Source of the DNA: Polyangiales bacterium | GTDB lineage: Bacteria > Myxococcota_A > Polyangia > Polyangiales > Houyiibacteriaceae | NCBI GenBank assembly: GCA_965227405.1 | Contig: OZ245758.1 | Location: forward strand, 1,577,693 to 1,641,692 | Direction of reading: 5' to 3' | DNA: 64,000 nucleotides | Part shown: in pieces, positions 37,923-46,492 of the stretch | How positions within the stretch are numbered: position 1 is the stretch's first letter | Layout: every line of letters starts with the position of its first letter | Notes under the pieces: generated by a model | Told to the model about the DNA's origin: nothing | The model's input: the letters and a program-made list of their open reading frames with translations, nothing else | The model's database searches: none | Made by a program: the position numbers and the translations under genes

Positions 37923-39671
37923 CTACGGATAGCCGAGGTCGAGTTGCATCCCCAGCATCGAGTTCATCCGCGGGGTCATTCTTGGAGTCATGCGGGGTGG
38001 CGGGCGACGAATCACCATCTGCGAGGTCATTTGCGAGGTCATGCGCGGACGGATGGTGATGAACATCCTCGAGCCACCACGTCGCCTCATCCGGGGCGAG
38101 TCGTTCTGCGCATCGGGATCCTCGACCACCTCGTCAAAGTCGATCTCTTCTTCTTCTTCTTCTTCTTCTTCCTCGACGTCAGGCGCCACCTGCGCGGGTT
38201 CCATGCTGGCGGAGGGCACTGCCAGCGAGGGCACTGGAACCTGCATGTCTTCCCTGAAAATCGCGTCGTAGCGCCAGACCTCGCGCCCATCGATCAGCGC
38301 ACGAACATGGTGCACATCATCGCTCGCAGCGACGCGTAAGCGGTTGTCGGAAGTCAGCCGGCGTCCATCCACTTCCAGCACGACGCTCGACGGGACACCC
38401 GTGAAGGTCACCGTCACGTCCTCGGGAGTGGCTGCGGCTGAAGCCGTGGGTGGCAAGGGCGCGGGTTCTTCACCATCGCTCAGCGCCCATGCCGTAATTC
38501 CAAACGCAACCAGCAAAAGCGCCACGCCCCCACCCGCAAACATCAGCTGCGTCTTGCGCTTCTGAACTGCGGCGCGCGTCATGCTCGGAGTCGGCGTGTG
38601 TTCCGGAGGAGGCGGAGGCGGGGCAAAGCCATCCGGATCCACTTCGGCTCCAGACGGCGTGAAATCCACCCCCACAACCCGCAGTTCATCCGACGGAACA
38701 TCCTGCTCTTGCGGTTGGTCCGGCGCGTAAAACGCGGCATCGGCCTTCACGGGAACCGCATCGGCAAGCAGGCGCCGAACCAACTTCGATTCCGCCGCGG
38801 CGTTTTCCGATGACAACCAACTTCGCAACGCGTGCGCCAAACTCTCGCAGCTGTCGAAGCGATCAGTAGGACTGCGGCGTAGCGTTCGCATGACGATGCG
38901 TTCCAACGCTTCGGGGATCGGCGTGACCTGCGAGGGCTTGGGCGTGGGATCGTGGAACATCGCGGTCATGGTCTGCAGCGCATCGTCACGCGCGAACAAA
39001 CGCCTGCCGGTCAGCAGCTCCCAAAGCACCACGCCCAACGAAAACTGATCGGCACGTCCATCGACGTCTTTGCCGCGCGCCTGTTCGGGCGCCATGTAGG
39101 GCAGCTTGCCTTTGATCACTCCGCTTTCGGTGCGGTGCTGCTGGTACGCGCTCTTGGCAATTCCAAAGTCGAGAACCTTGAGGTGCCCTTCCCGCGTCAG
39201 GAACAAGTTGTGCGGCGAGATATCGCGATGCACGAGGTCCACGGGTTGGCCGCTGCGATCGCGTAAACGGTGTGCGTAGTCGAGCGCGGACGCCGCTTGG
39301 GCGATCACCGCAGCGGCGGCTTGGGGCGAAACGGTTTTCTTCGCCGAGGGAAGCGCGTGCAACACCGTCCACAAATCACGCCCCTTGAGAAACTCCATGA
39401 CGATGCAGGGTCGGTCATCGAGCGTCGTGACATCGTGAATCTGCACGATGTTGGGATGCGTGAGCATCGCGGCCACCCGCGCCTCCCGCATGAACATCAG
39501 GTTGAACTTCTCGTCCTCGGCGAGGTGCGGAAGGATCGCTTTGATCACAACCGGGCGCGTGAGCCCGCCACTCATCCGCTGAGCCGCGAGGAACACCTCA
39601 GCCATTCCGCCCGTGCCGAGCTTGCGAAGCAGCCGATAGCTACCGAGAGACTGCGCTCTGAGAGCGGTCAT
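37923..39671 (-). CDS. Ser/Thr protein kinase (Hanks-type) with a low-complexity C-terminus: P-rich linker, TM, poly-Glu and a Met-rich MTSQ/RMTP repeat tail
   Basis: Kinase subdomains: GTGGMAEVFLA (Gly loop), VIKAIL (Lys), HRDISPHNLFL (catalytic loop), DFGIAK, APEQ. Followed by EEEEEEEEEEEE and MTSQMTSQMVIRRPPPRMTPRMTPRM. Confidence 0.85.
   Translation of the reverse strand: MTALRAQSLGSYRLLRKLGTGGMAEVFLAAQRMSGGLTRPVVIKAILPHLAEDEKFNLMFMREARVAAMLTHPNIVQIHDVTTLDDRPCIVMEFLKGRDLWTVLHALPSAKKTVSPQAAAAVIAQAASALDYAHRLRDRSGQPVDLVHRDISPHNLFLTREGHLKVLDFGIAKSAYQQHRTESGVIKGKLPYMAPEQARGKDVDGRADQFSLGVVLWELLTGRRLFARDDALQTMTAMFHDPTPKPSQVTPIPEALERIVMRTLRRSPTDRFDSCESLAHALRSWLSSENAAAESKLVRRLLADAVPVKADAAFYAPDQPQEQDVPSDELRVVGVDFTPSGAEVDPDGFAPPPPPPEHTPTPSMTRAAVQKRKTQLMFAGGGVALLLVAFGITAWALSDGEEPAPLPPTASAAATPEDVTVTFTGVPSSVVLEVDGRRLTSDNRLRVAASDDVHHVRALIDGREVWRYDAIFREDMQVPVPSLAVPSASMEPAQVAPDVEEEEEEEEEEIDFDEVVEDPDAQNDSPRMRRRGGSRMFITIRPRMTSQMTSQMVIRRPPPRMTPRMTPRMNSMLGMQLDLGYP
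38144..38174. repeat. (TTC)8 trinucleotide microsatellite, plus flanking CTC, encoding the poly-Glu tract of the Ser/Thr kinase
   Basis: tctcttcttcttcttcttcttcttcttcctc; reads (GAA)n on the coding strand; in frame. Confidence 0.9.
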
Positions 39672-39708
39672 CGGCGGCGCGGCTCCATCCGAGGAGAGTC
39701 ACATCCGC

Positions 39709-40230
39709 CTATTCGCCGCGCAAGAGCCGCTCGATCCGCTCCCGATCGGCCCGCGGCAGCGCCGCTTGAGCCTCCGCACACTCGGCTTGATGCTCCACCG
39801 CATACCGCGCCATCAAACACCGCTGAGCCTCATCTGGGAGTCTCTGGCAGGCATCCACAAAGAGTTCCCGAGGCGGCATCTCCCGCGCATCTTCGGGAAA
39901 GCGCTCCCGAACGACTCGAACGAGTTCTGCGGTGCTCTCGTAGGCGGCATCGCATGTCGACGCACCAACCTCCGCGGCATGTGCAGCGGCAAGCGCTTGT
40001 CCAACCGTGTCTTCGAGGACCACCGCTGCCTGCTCCGCCTTGGTGAGTTCTGGGATCTGCTCGGCCTCGGGTTCCGACTCGGCTTCGGCTTCAGCTTCCG
40101 CTTCTCGAGTCTGCTCCGCAGCGTGATGGAGCGCCTCTTCGGCAGCGTCCGAACCACAACCCAAAAGTCCCAAGATCAGTAAGAACCGCACAACCATGGG
40201 TATACGAGAAACGAGGACGGTGAACCCCAT
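39709..40230 (-). CDS. Secreted/lipoprotein hypothetical protein with an acidic EAEAEAE tract
   Basis: Signal MVVRFLLILGLLGCGS (alternative start at 40197). Acidic low-complexity region, then a helical Cys-containing domain. Confidence 0.45.
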   Translation of the reverse strand: MGFTVLVSRIPMVVRFLLILGLLGCGSDAAEEALHHAAEQTREAEAEAEAESEPEAEQIPELTKAEQAAVVLEDTVGQALAAAHAAEVGASTCDAAYESTAELVRVVRERFPEDAREMPPRELFVDACQRLPDEAQRCLMARYAVEHQAECAEAQAALPRADRERIERLLRGE

Positions 40231-40387
40231 TCTCGGCCCACCTTACACTTGATCCGTGGTCGTACGTCCCCACACCCGCTGTCGGAGAATCGATTATACT
40301 GTGAAAATCCCGTGTGGCTGTTGGCGTGGAACTTGAACTCCACCTCACCGTGTGTGTCTGGGATCTGTCTTGAACTGGGTGGCGACG

Positions 40388-41881
40388 ATGATGCGTTTTA
40401 GTGCGGTCTGTGCATGTGTGTTCGCGTTGGCTTGTTCGGCCAACACACTGGGACCTGGCGGAATGGACCCGGATCGAGAGTGCCTCGACGACCGCGATTG
40501 CCCAGGCACGTTGATCTGCGAGGACTTCATTTGCCTCCCGCCCATCGGTGGCGAGCGCATGGAGTGCGACACCGCAGCGGACTGCCCCACGGACTACACC
40601 TGTGAGACCCGCGGAACGATCCGCATCTGCATCCCGCCCGACGTTGGACCCGAAGACTGTGGACCCTGTCCTGCTCCGGGTATGTGTCGTGACGGCGTCT
40701 GCATCCAGCCCGACGACGAAGGCGCGTTCTGCGAGTTCGACTCCGACTGTGGAGACCCCAACCTGCTCTGCATCGGTGGACGTTGCACCTGGGACCCGCG
40801 GATTCCGCGAACCTGCACCGATGGCGAAGAGTGCCCCGATGGTTTGATGTGCGCGATGGACGGTCGCTGCGTGTGCACCGGCGACGCCGACTGCCCGGTT
40901 GGAACGATCTGCTCCGACACCGGCGAGTGTATTCCCGGTGGTGAGTGTGTCGGCGATGACGAGTGTCCGATGGGGATGCTTTGCGACCGCGGCATGTGCG
41001 TTCCTGAAGCAGCATGTGACGTTGTTCACCCTGATCTGAGCACCACGACGGCGCCGATCTGGAACGTCAACTCCACGTACAACTTCCGCGAGGCTCTCCC
41101 CGGTTGGCTTGCCGGATTCCTCGATCTCGTTGCGGGTCCCTTCCGTTTCTTGGCCGGCGATAGCGACGATCCCGACTTGGGTCTGCCCGGCTTCATCGAA
41201 GACCTGATCGGCGACGCGATCCGCAACTGGGCGGAGCGCAACCTGCCGCCCTACGTGCTGGAAGCCATGGGCGGAATCGCGGACTTCAACGACATCATGT
41301 CGACCTGGCTCGTCGAAGAGCGCATGGAACTGACGCCCACGATGGACCGTGATGGATACCGCGGCCAAAACGAATGGGTTCAGGTCGCGTTCATGTACCG
41401 CGGCGAGATGGTGGTGGGTGACCCCGCCATGATCGCAGGCTGGAGCTACACGCCCTCGGCGTACGACGCGCAGGCAGTCTGCGGCACGCTCAACATCGAG
41501 CGTCACGACGTCGAGGTCGGCATTGGCGCGATCATCGCTTGGGCGCTCAACGCGATCGTTTACGAGTCGACCGATGGCCGCTACCGCGACGTCGATGCCA
41601 TGCTTGCGGGTCTCCGTGGCTCGTTCTGCAACGCAGCACGCAACTTGGCTGAAGACATCTACAGTGGTGCAGGCTCACTCGCGTACGCCTGGTGTGACTC
41701 CACGTTGGACAGCTACGCCGACGATCTGGTCGATGCGATCAACGACGCCCTCCTCGAGCTCGACCTCGTGAAGCTCAAGGGACACGCCATTATCATCGAC
41801 GGCAACAACCTCGATCCCGGTGTCTGGGAAGGCACGATGCTCGGCGGCGACTTCTCCGGTACGTGGTCCGCCGACCGGTAA
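40388..41881 (+). CDS. Secreted Cys-rich protein with an N-terminal repeated CxxGxC module domain, hypothetical
   Basis: Lipoprotein-like signal MMRFSAVCACVFALACS. Repeated DCP(x)G(T/M)xC modules over the first half. C-terminal about 250 aa is a non-repetitive domain. Confidence 0.55.
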   Translation: MMRFSAVCACVFALACSANTLGPGGMDPDRECLDDRDCPGTLICEDFICLPPIGGERMECDTAADCPTDYTCETRGTIRICIPPDVGPEDCGPCPAPGMCRDGVCIQPDDEGAFCEFDSDCGDPNLLCIGGRCTWDPRIPRTCTDGEECPDGLMCAMDGRCVCTGDADCPVGTICSDTGECIPGGECVGDDECPMGMLCDRGMCVPEAACDVVHPDLSTTTAPIWNVNSTYNFREALPGWLAGFLDLVAGPFRFLAGDSDDPDLGLPGFIEDLIGDAIRNWAERNLPPYVLEAMGGIADFNDIMSTWLVEERMELTPTMDRDGYRGQNEWVQVAFMYRGEMVVGDPAMIAGWSYTPSAYDAQAVCGTLNIERHDVEVGIGAIIAWALNAIVYESTDGRYRDVDAMLAGLRGSFCNAARNLAEDIYSGAGSLAYAWCDSTLDSYADDLVDAINDALLELDLVKLKGHAIIIDGNNLDPGVWEGTMLGGDFSGTWSADR

Positions 41882-41934
41882 CCGAGAGGACTCACGCTTC
41901 ATACCCCTCTTAGTTCCGACTTAATTGGGAGGGG

Positions 41935-42885
41935 GTGAAAGTGGACCCTCGCGATCGGCTGCGTATTATGTCCGAGATGCGCGCCCCATTTGTGGTCCTT
42001 CTCGCCGCCTTTTCATGGGCTTCCATAACCCAAGCCCAAGCCGAAGGCGCACCCGCGCCAGCGCCGGATGATGAGGCACCTGCGGAGACCCCCGCAGAAT
42101 CCGATGAGGATTACGACCCTCGTCAGATGCGAACGGAGGGCTTGGATGATGAACAAGCGCGATCCCGGTTTCGCATCGGACAGGCGCTGTACAACGAAGG
42201 GCGCTTCCTCGAAGCCGCCCGGGAGTTTGAGAGTTCCTACGAGTTGTCCAACCGCTCGTCGCTGCTCTTCAACGCCTACCTGAGCTATCGCGACGCAGGT
42301 CGCTTGGATGATTCGGTACGCGTGTTGGAGCGCTACTTGGGCGCGGACCCGGATGTGGAAGACGCCGACCGCTTGCGGCAACGACTTGCCGCGATGCGTG
42401 TTCAGTTGAACGACGAGCAGGAGAGAGCGCGCGCTGAGCAAGCCGAACGTGAGCGACTTGAGGCTGAGCAGGAACGCTTGGAGCGCGAGCGGATTCGTGC
42501 CGAGCGCGATGCCGAGCTTGCACGGGAACGAGCACGCCGAGCAGAACAGGGGTTGAATCCCATTGGATACATCGTCGGTGGAATCGGTTTGAGCATCGTG
42601 GCCGGTGGCGCAGTCGCAGGCGGCATCGCCCGAAACCGAGTGTCTGATATTGAAGACAACTGCCCGAATGATCGTTGCGCACTCACCTTCAATTTAGAGT
42701 CGAAGCGCGACAGCGCCGACCGCGCGATCCTCACGGCGGATATTCTGCTTGCGACCGGTATCGCCGTGACCGCGGTCGGCATCGGCTTGCTCTTTCTGAA
42801 GCGGAGCACCGAGAGCACTGCGCCAGACGTGTCCTTCGGTTGCGGACCCAACGGATGCAATGCCGAGATGCGGGTGGGCTTCTGA
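41935..42885 (+). CDS. TPR-like / coiled-coil membrane-anchored protein, hypothetical
   Basis: Signal peptide (possible start at 41968 MSEMRAPFVVLLAAF). TPR-like helices. ER-rich coiled coil (ERLEAEQERLERERIRAERDAELARERARRAEQ). Two TM helices flank a short loop containing Cys. Confidence 0.5.
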   Translation: MKVDPRDRLRIMSEMRAPFVVLLAAFSWASITQAQAEGAPAPAPDDEAPAETPAESDEDYDPRQMRTEGLDDEQARSRFRIGQALYNEGRFLEAAREFESSYELSNRSSLLFNAYLSYRDAGRLDDSVRVLERYLGADPDVEDADRLRQRLAAMRVQLNDEQERARAEQAERERLEAEQERLERERIRAERDAELARERARRAEQGLNPIGYIVGGIGLSIVAGGAVAGGIARNRVSDIEDNCPNDRCALTFNLESKRDSADRAILTADILLATGIAVTAVGIGLLFLKRSTESTAPDVSFGCGPNGCNAEMRVGF

Positions 42886-43874
42886 TGCGAGGTAAAGACA
42901 TGTTTCAGCGTGCCGCCCTGATTCTTGCCCTCGTTTCGTCGAGTGGTTGTTTCGTGCTGAGTGATACGGGTCGTTTCGAAACGGATTCCAGCTGTGACTT
43001 TCAGCTCCGACTTCGCAATTTCGCACCGCACACCGACGACAAGTTCACGATCGCACTGACGCAACGCACCTCAACAAACGTCGAACTGCTGACGACCGCG
43101 ATCTTTGAGCCACTCGAATCGGCAACGATGAACCTGCGGATGCCGCTGGGGGTGCCGCCGCTTTCGACCCCAGACCGAGAGTTAGCTGAGATCAACTTCT
43201 TCGGAGACGACGACTCCATGGAGGGGTACAGCTTTCCCGGAGACCATAGTTGGATTCTTGAAGATGCCTGCACGACTGGGCCCGAAGTATTTGAACACGA
43301 CATCGTGTTTCAGGAACTCATTCCTCCGCCGGACGCACCGGCCGAAGAACTTCAACGCCCAGCACGACTCTCAGTCTCACTCTGTAATGTTCCGCGCGGA
43401 TCACCAATCGAGGTTCGCGTGTACGGCGACTTGCCCGTTGTCGGCGGTGTCGAGGAGCGTCGTGCGACGGCTCTTTATCGATTCGTACAAAACCCCCGCG
43501 GTGACGTCACACGCACACTGGACATCCCAGCAATCGTCGACCGAGGGTTCGACCACTTCATCGACGTCTACATCGACAGCAACGAGAACGGTGCCTTCGA
43601 CGAAGGTGAAACGGCATGGTCGTTCACGTTTCGACCCGAACCAGACACGATTAGTTGTGACCTCAACGGGATGCTGCCCGGGGGAACACCGGATCCGTGT
43701 GCAGACATCATGCTGCCTGGGATGTTCATGGAGTTTCCGGCCTGCGCCGACGGTGACGACATTCGAGTCACGTTGGGTCCACTTGGCAACAACAACCGGA
43801 CCATGGAGATCGACGACTTTGGTCGCACGCCCAACTCGTGGATCAACTTCGATCCGGACGACATCGAGAACTAA
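42885..43874 (+). CDS. Lipoprotein, hypothetical
   Basis: ATG at 42885 overlaps the upstream stop as TGATG. Lipobox ALILALVSSSGCF. 329 aa with no recognizable motifs. Confidence 0.5.
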   Translation: MRGKDMFQRAALILALVSSSGCFVLSDTGRFETDSSCDFQLRLRNFAPHTDDKFTIALTQRTSTNVELLTTAIFEPLESATMNLRMPLGVPPLSTPDRELAEINFFGDDDSMEGYSFPGDHSWILEDACTTGPEVFEHDIVFQELIPPPDAPAEELQRPARLSVSLCNVPRGSPIEVRVYGDLPVVGGVEERRATALYRFVQNPRGDVTRTLDIPAIVDRGFDHFIDVYIDSNENGAFDEGETAWSFTFRPEPDTISCDLNGMLPGGTPDPCADIMLPGMFMEFPACADGDDIRVTLGPLGNNNRTMEIDDFGRTPNSWINFDPDDIEN

Positions 43875-43882
43875 AGCTCGAG

Positions 43883-45160
43883 CTAGAGCTTGGCGTCGTG
43901 CTTCACGACGCTCACATCCCGGATTCCATCGACGGAACCAAGTAGCGGCTTGAGCGTCTTCGCGTCACCGACGGCCACAATCGCTAGGTTCTGCGCTCGG
44001 ATTCTGCGCTGCACCGCTTCGTGCGCATCCTTTCGTCGCACGCCACCGACCGCTTTGCGGTAACCACCCTGGTGCTCATCGCCGAGCCCGTACAGCTGAG
44101 CGTTCATCCGAACATCGAGTCGCCTGTACGCGGTGTCTTCATCGAAGCAGCGCGCTCCACGCAGGTAACGCTTTGCGCGTCGGATCTCGTCTGCGGTCGA
44201 CCCCTTCTCGACCCACTGTTCTAAGAGCTGAAGCTGCAACGCTAAACAATCGCGCGCGTTGTCCACAGAGGGATGCGTCCACATGCGCCAAGCATCGCGT
44301 TGTCGCGACGCACCAAGGCTGCTGTACGCCGAGTAACTCCACCCGCGAACGGCACGAACCTCTTGCATCAAGCGCGATGTGAACATCCCGCCAAACGCCG
44401 AGTCCGCGACCAGAAGCGGAAAATAGTTCGCGTCACGCAGCTTCACGCCAAGCGTCGCGATCCCAAGTTGCGTTTGACTGCGACCAGGCTTGTCCACGAT
44501 GAGAAGACGTCGGCCCTTGGGCATCTTCGGAGCACCGAGTTTGGTCGAGCGCGAACGACGACCCGAAAGACCGCCAAAGTAGGTTCGCGCGAGCCGACTC
44601 AGTTCCTTGTCATCGATCGCTCCTGCCGCGCCGATCAGCAAGTTGCCCTTGGTCCACATTTCCGCATGACGATCGATCAGGTCGCTTCGGCGGATCTTTC
44701 CCATGCTGGCGTGGGTACCCCCAGTCGGTCGTCCGTAGAGATGGCCGTTGAACAGAAGTCGGCTCAGATGTCGCGAAGCAAGCGCGTGATCGTCGTCCTG
44801 AAGGCTCACCAAGTTCGCGCGAATGCGACGCTTTGCACGCGCGAGATCGGCATTGCGAAACGCCGGCTCGAAGAGCAGCTCGGCAAGCAACGCCACCAGA
44901 GGTTCGATATTGCGGGCCAGAACCGACGCCTGCACCCCTACGATCTCACGTGAGATCGTGAAGCTTACGCGTGCACCAAGCCGAGCAATCTCCGCGTCGA
45001 CCTGTTCGGAACTCCTCTTGCGCGTACCACGACGAAGCAAACGCGCCATCACGCGCGTCAGACCTTCTTTGCCTTGGGGATCGCCCAACGCACCACCCCG
45101 GATCTTGATCGCAAGATCGACCAAGGGGAGGTCGTTGCTGTGCTCGACCAAAAGCTTCAC
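43883..45160 (-). CDS. M16 (pitrilysin) family peptidase, non-catalytic or beta-type subunit
   Basis: 425 aa. M16 fold and length. Lacks the HxxEH zinc motif. Translationally coupled to the upstream M16 gene by a 4-nt overlap. Confidence 0.65.
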   Translation of the reverse strand: MKLLVEHSNDLPLVDLAIKIRGGALGDPQGKEGLTRVMARLLRRGTRKRSSEQVDAEIARLGARVSFTISREIVGVQASVLARNIEPLVALLAELLFEPAFRNADLARAKRRIRANLVSLQDDDHALASRHLSRLLFNGHLYGRPTGGTHASMGKIRRSDLIDRHAEMWTKGNLLIGAAGAIDDKELSRLARTYFGGLSGRRSRSTKLGAPKMPKGRRLLIVDKPGRSQTQLGIATLGVKLRDANYFPLLVADSAFGGMFTSRLMQEVRAVRGWSYSAYSSLGASRQRDAWRMWTHPSVDNARDCLALQLQLLEQWVEKGSTADEIRRAKRYLRGARCFDEDTAYRRLDVRMNAQLYGLGDEHQGGYRKAVGGVRRKDAHEAVQRRIRAQNLAIVAVGDAKTLKPLLGSVDGIRDVSVVKHDAKL

Positions 45161-46440
45161 GCGCTCTCCGGTCGCACGAAGAGAACGGTTCGTCGTCGCG
45201 GATCGAACACGCGTTGCAACACATGGCGCACCCGCTCGGCAGTGATCGCACGCGTGGCTTCGATACGCTCGAAGATGCCGTTGGGCGGCAATCCCAACGT
45301 TGCGTAGAAGCCCAAGAGATCGGTTTTGCCGCCTGCGGTTTCCATCGAGCAGTACGCCGAGAGTTCCAAGCGCGCTTTAGCGCGTTCGAGCGCTTCTTCG
45401 TCCACACGTTTGCTCAGCCGCTCGATCTCCTTATCGACCGCAGCAAGCGCTTCCTCCGCACGCACTCCTGGCCGCATGTCCGCGCCCACTTCGTAGAGCG
45501 AATCCAGTGCAAAGGGCGGGAGATATCCCCACACTTGGTTCGCACGTTCACGCTCCATCACCAGGTCCCGATGCAATCGCGAACTCGCCGACGAAAAGAG
45601 CATCTGACCGATGACCGACACGACACGCCAATCCGGGTCCGAAAACGGAGGCGCAGGATACGCGACCTGCAACTTTTCGCCCGACGTCGGCAGTTGGATC
45701 TCGAGTCGCTTCTCTTTGCGCGAACGCGTCGACCGATGGGTTCGCGTCGGAACCGTCGAACGCTTCATTCGGCCGTAGGCATCACCCACTGCTCCGAGGA
45801 GATCGCTCTCTTTGAACTTCCCGGCCACAGCAAGCGTGACGTTGTTGGGCGCGTACCACGTTCGGTAGAAGCGTCGACAATCGTCAGGCGTGTAGTTCCG
45901 GATGTCGCGCATCCACCCCAACGTCGGATGTCGGTAGGGGTGGTTGCGTAGCGCGGTGGCCCACAGCACCTCGCCCGCGCGACCTTCGACGTCGTCATCG
46001 ATGCGATCGCGACGTTCGCTCATCACAACTTCGCGCTCGCTTTCGATCTGCGGCTCTTTGAGCACCAAGTTCTGCAAGCGGTCTGCTTCTAACGTGATCG
46101 CGAGTGGAAGCTCACGACTCGGAAGGTTCTCGTAGAAGCAGGTCCAGTCGGTCCACGTTGCCGCGTTGCTCTCGGCACCGACTTCCTCGAAACGTCGATC
46201 CAGCTCGCCATGCGGCATGGTCTTGGTTTCGTTGAACATCAGGTGTTCAAAGAAGTGTGCGAGCCCGGTCTTGCCCTTCTCCTCGTGCCCTGAACCCACA
46301 CCCAGCCATGTTTGGTAGCTGACCACAGGCGCACTCGTGTCGCGCAACGCGAGCAAACGAAGCCCGTTGCGAAACCGCCAGTCGCGGACCTTCAGACGAG
46401 GTCCGAAGGGAAGCTCAGCGTGCAACGTGGGCTTGGGCAT
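45157..46440 (-). CDS. M16 (pitrilysin) family zinc peptidase, catalytic subunit
   Basis: 427 aa. Inverted zinc-binding motif HFFEHLMF (HxxEH) with downstream Glu. Typical M16 N-terminal domain. Confidence 0.8.
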   Translation of the reverse strand: MPKPTLHAELPFGPRLKVRDWRFRNGLRLLALRDTSAPVVSYQTWLGVGSGHEEKGKTGLAHFFEHLMFNETKTMPHGELDRRFEEVGAESNAATWTDWTCFYENLPSRELPLAITLEADRLQNLVLKEPQIESEREVVMSERRDRIDDDVEGRAGEVLWATALRNHPYRHPTLGWMRDIRNYTPDDCRRFYRTWYAPNNVTLAVAGKFKESDLLGAVGDAYGRMKRSTVPTRTHRSTRSRKEKRLEIQLPTSGEKLQVAYPAPPFSDPDWRVVSVIGQMLFSSASSRLHRDLVMERERANQVWGYLPPFALDSLYEVGADMRPGVRAEEALAAVDKEIERLSKRVDEEALERAKARLELSAYCSMETAGGKTDLLGFYATLGLPPNGIFERIEATRAITAERVRHVLQRVFDPRRRTVLFVRPESA

Positions 46441-46492
46441 CCGAAGCGGAAGCCAAGCACGGAACGGTCAACACGCAACCGTTCTTATGGGA

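Noticed and set aside
38144-38174. Possible CRISPR-like or repeat array
   Set aside because: It is a simple (TTC)n coding microsatellite inside the kinase gene. There is no spacer/repeat alternation and no cas genes. No CRISPR array was seen anywhere in the window.
40091-41506. 471-aa (-) ORF
   Set aside because: Antisense to the Cys-rich secreted protein gene, whose repeated CxxGxC modules support the plus strand.
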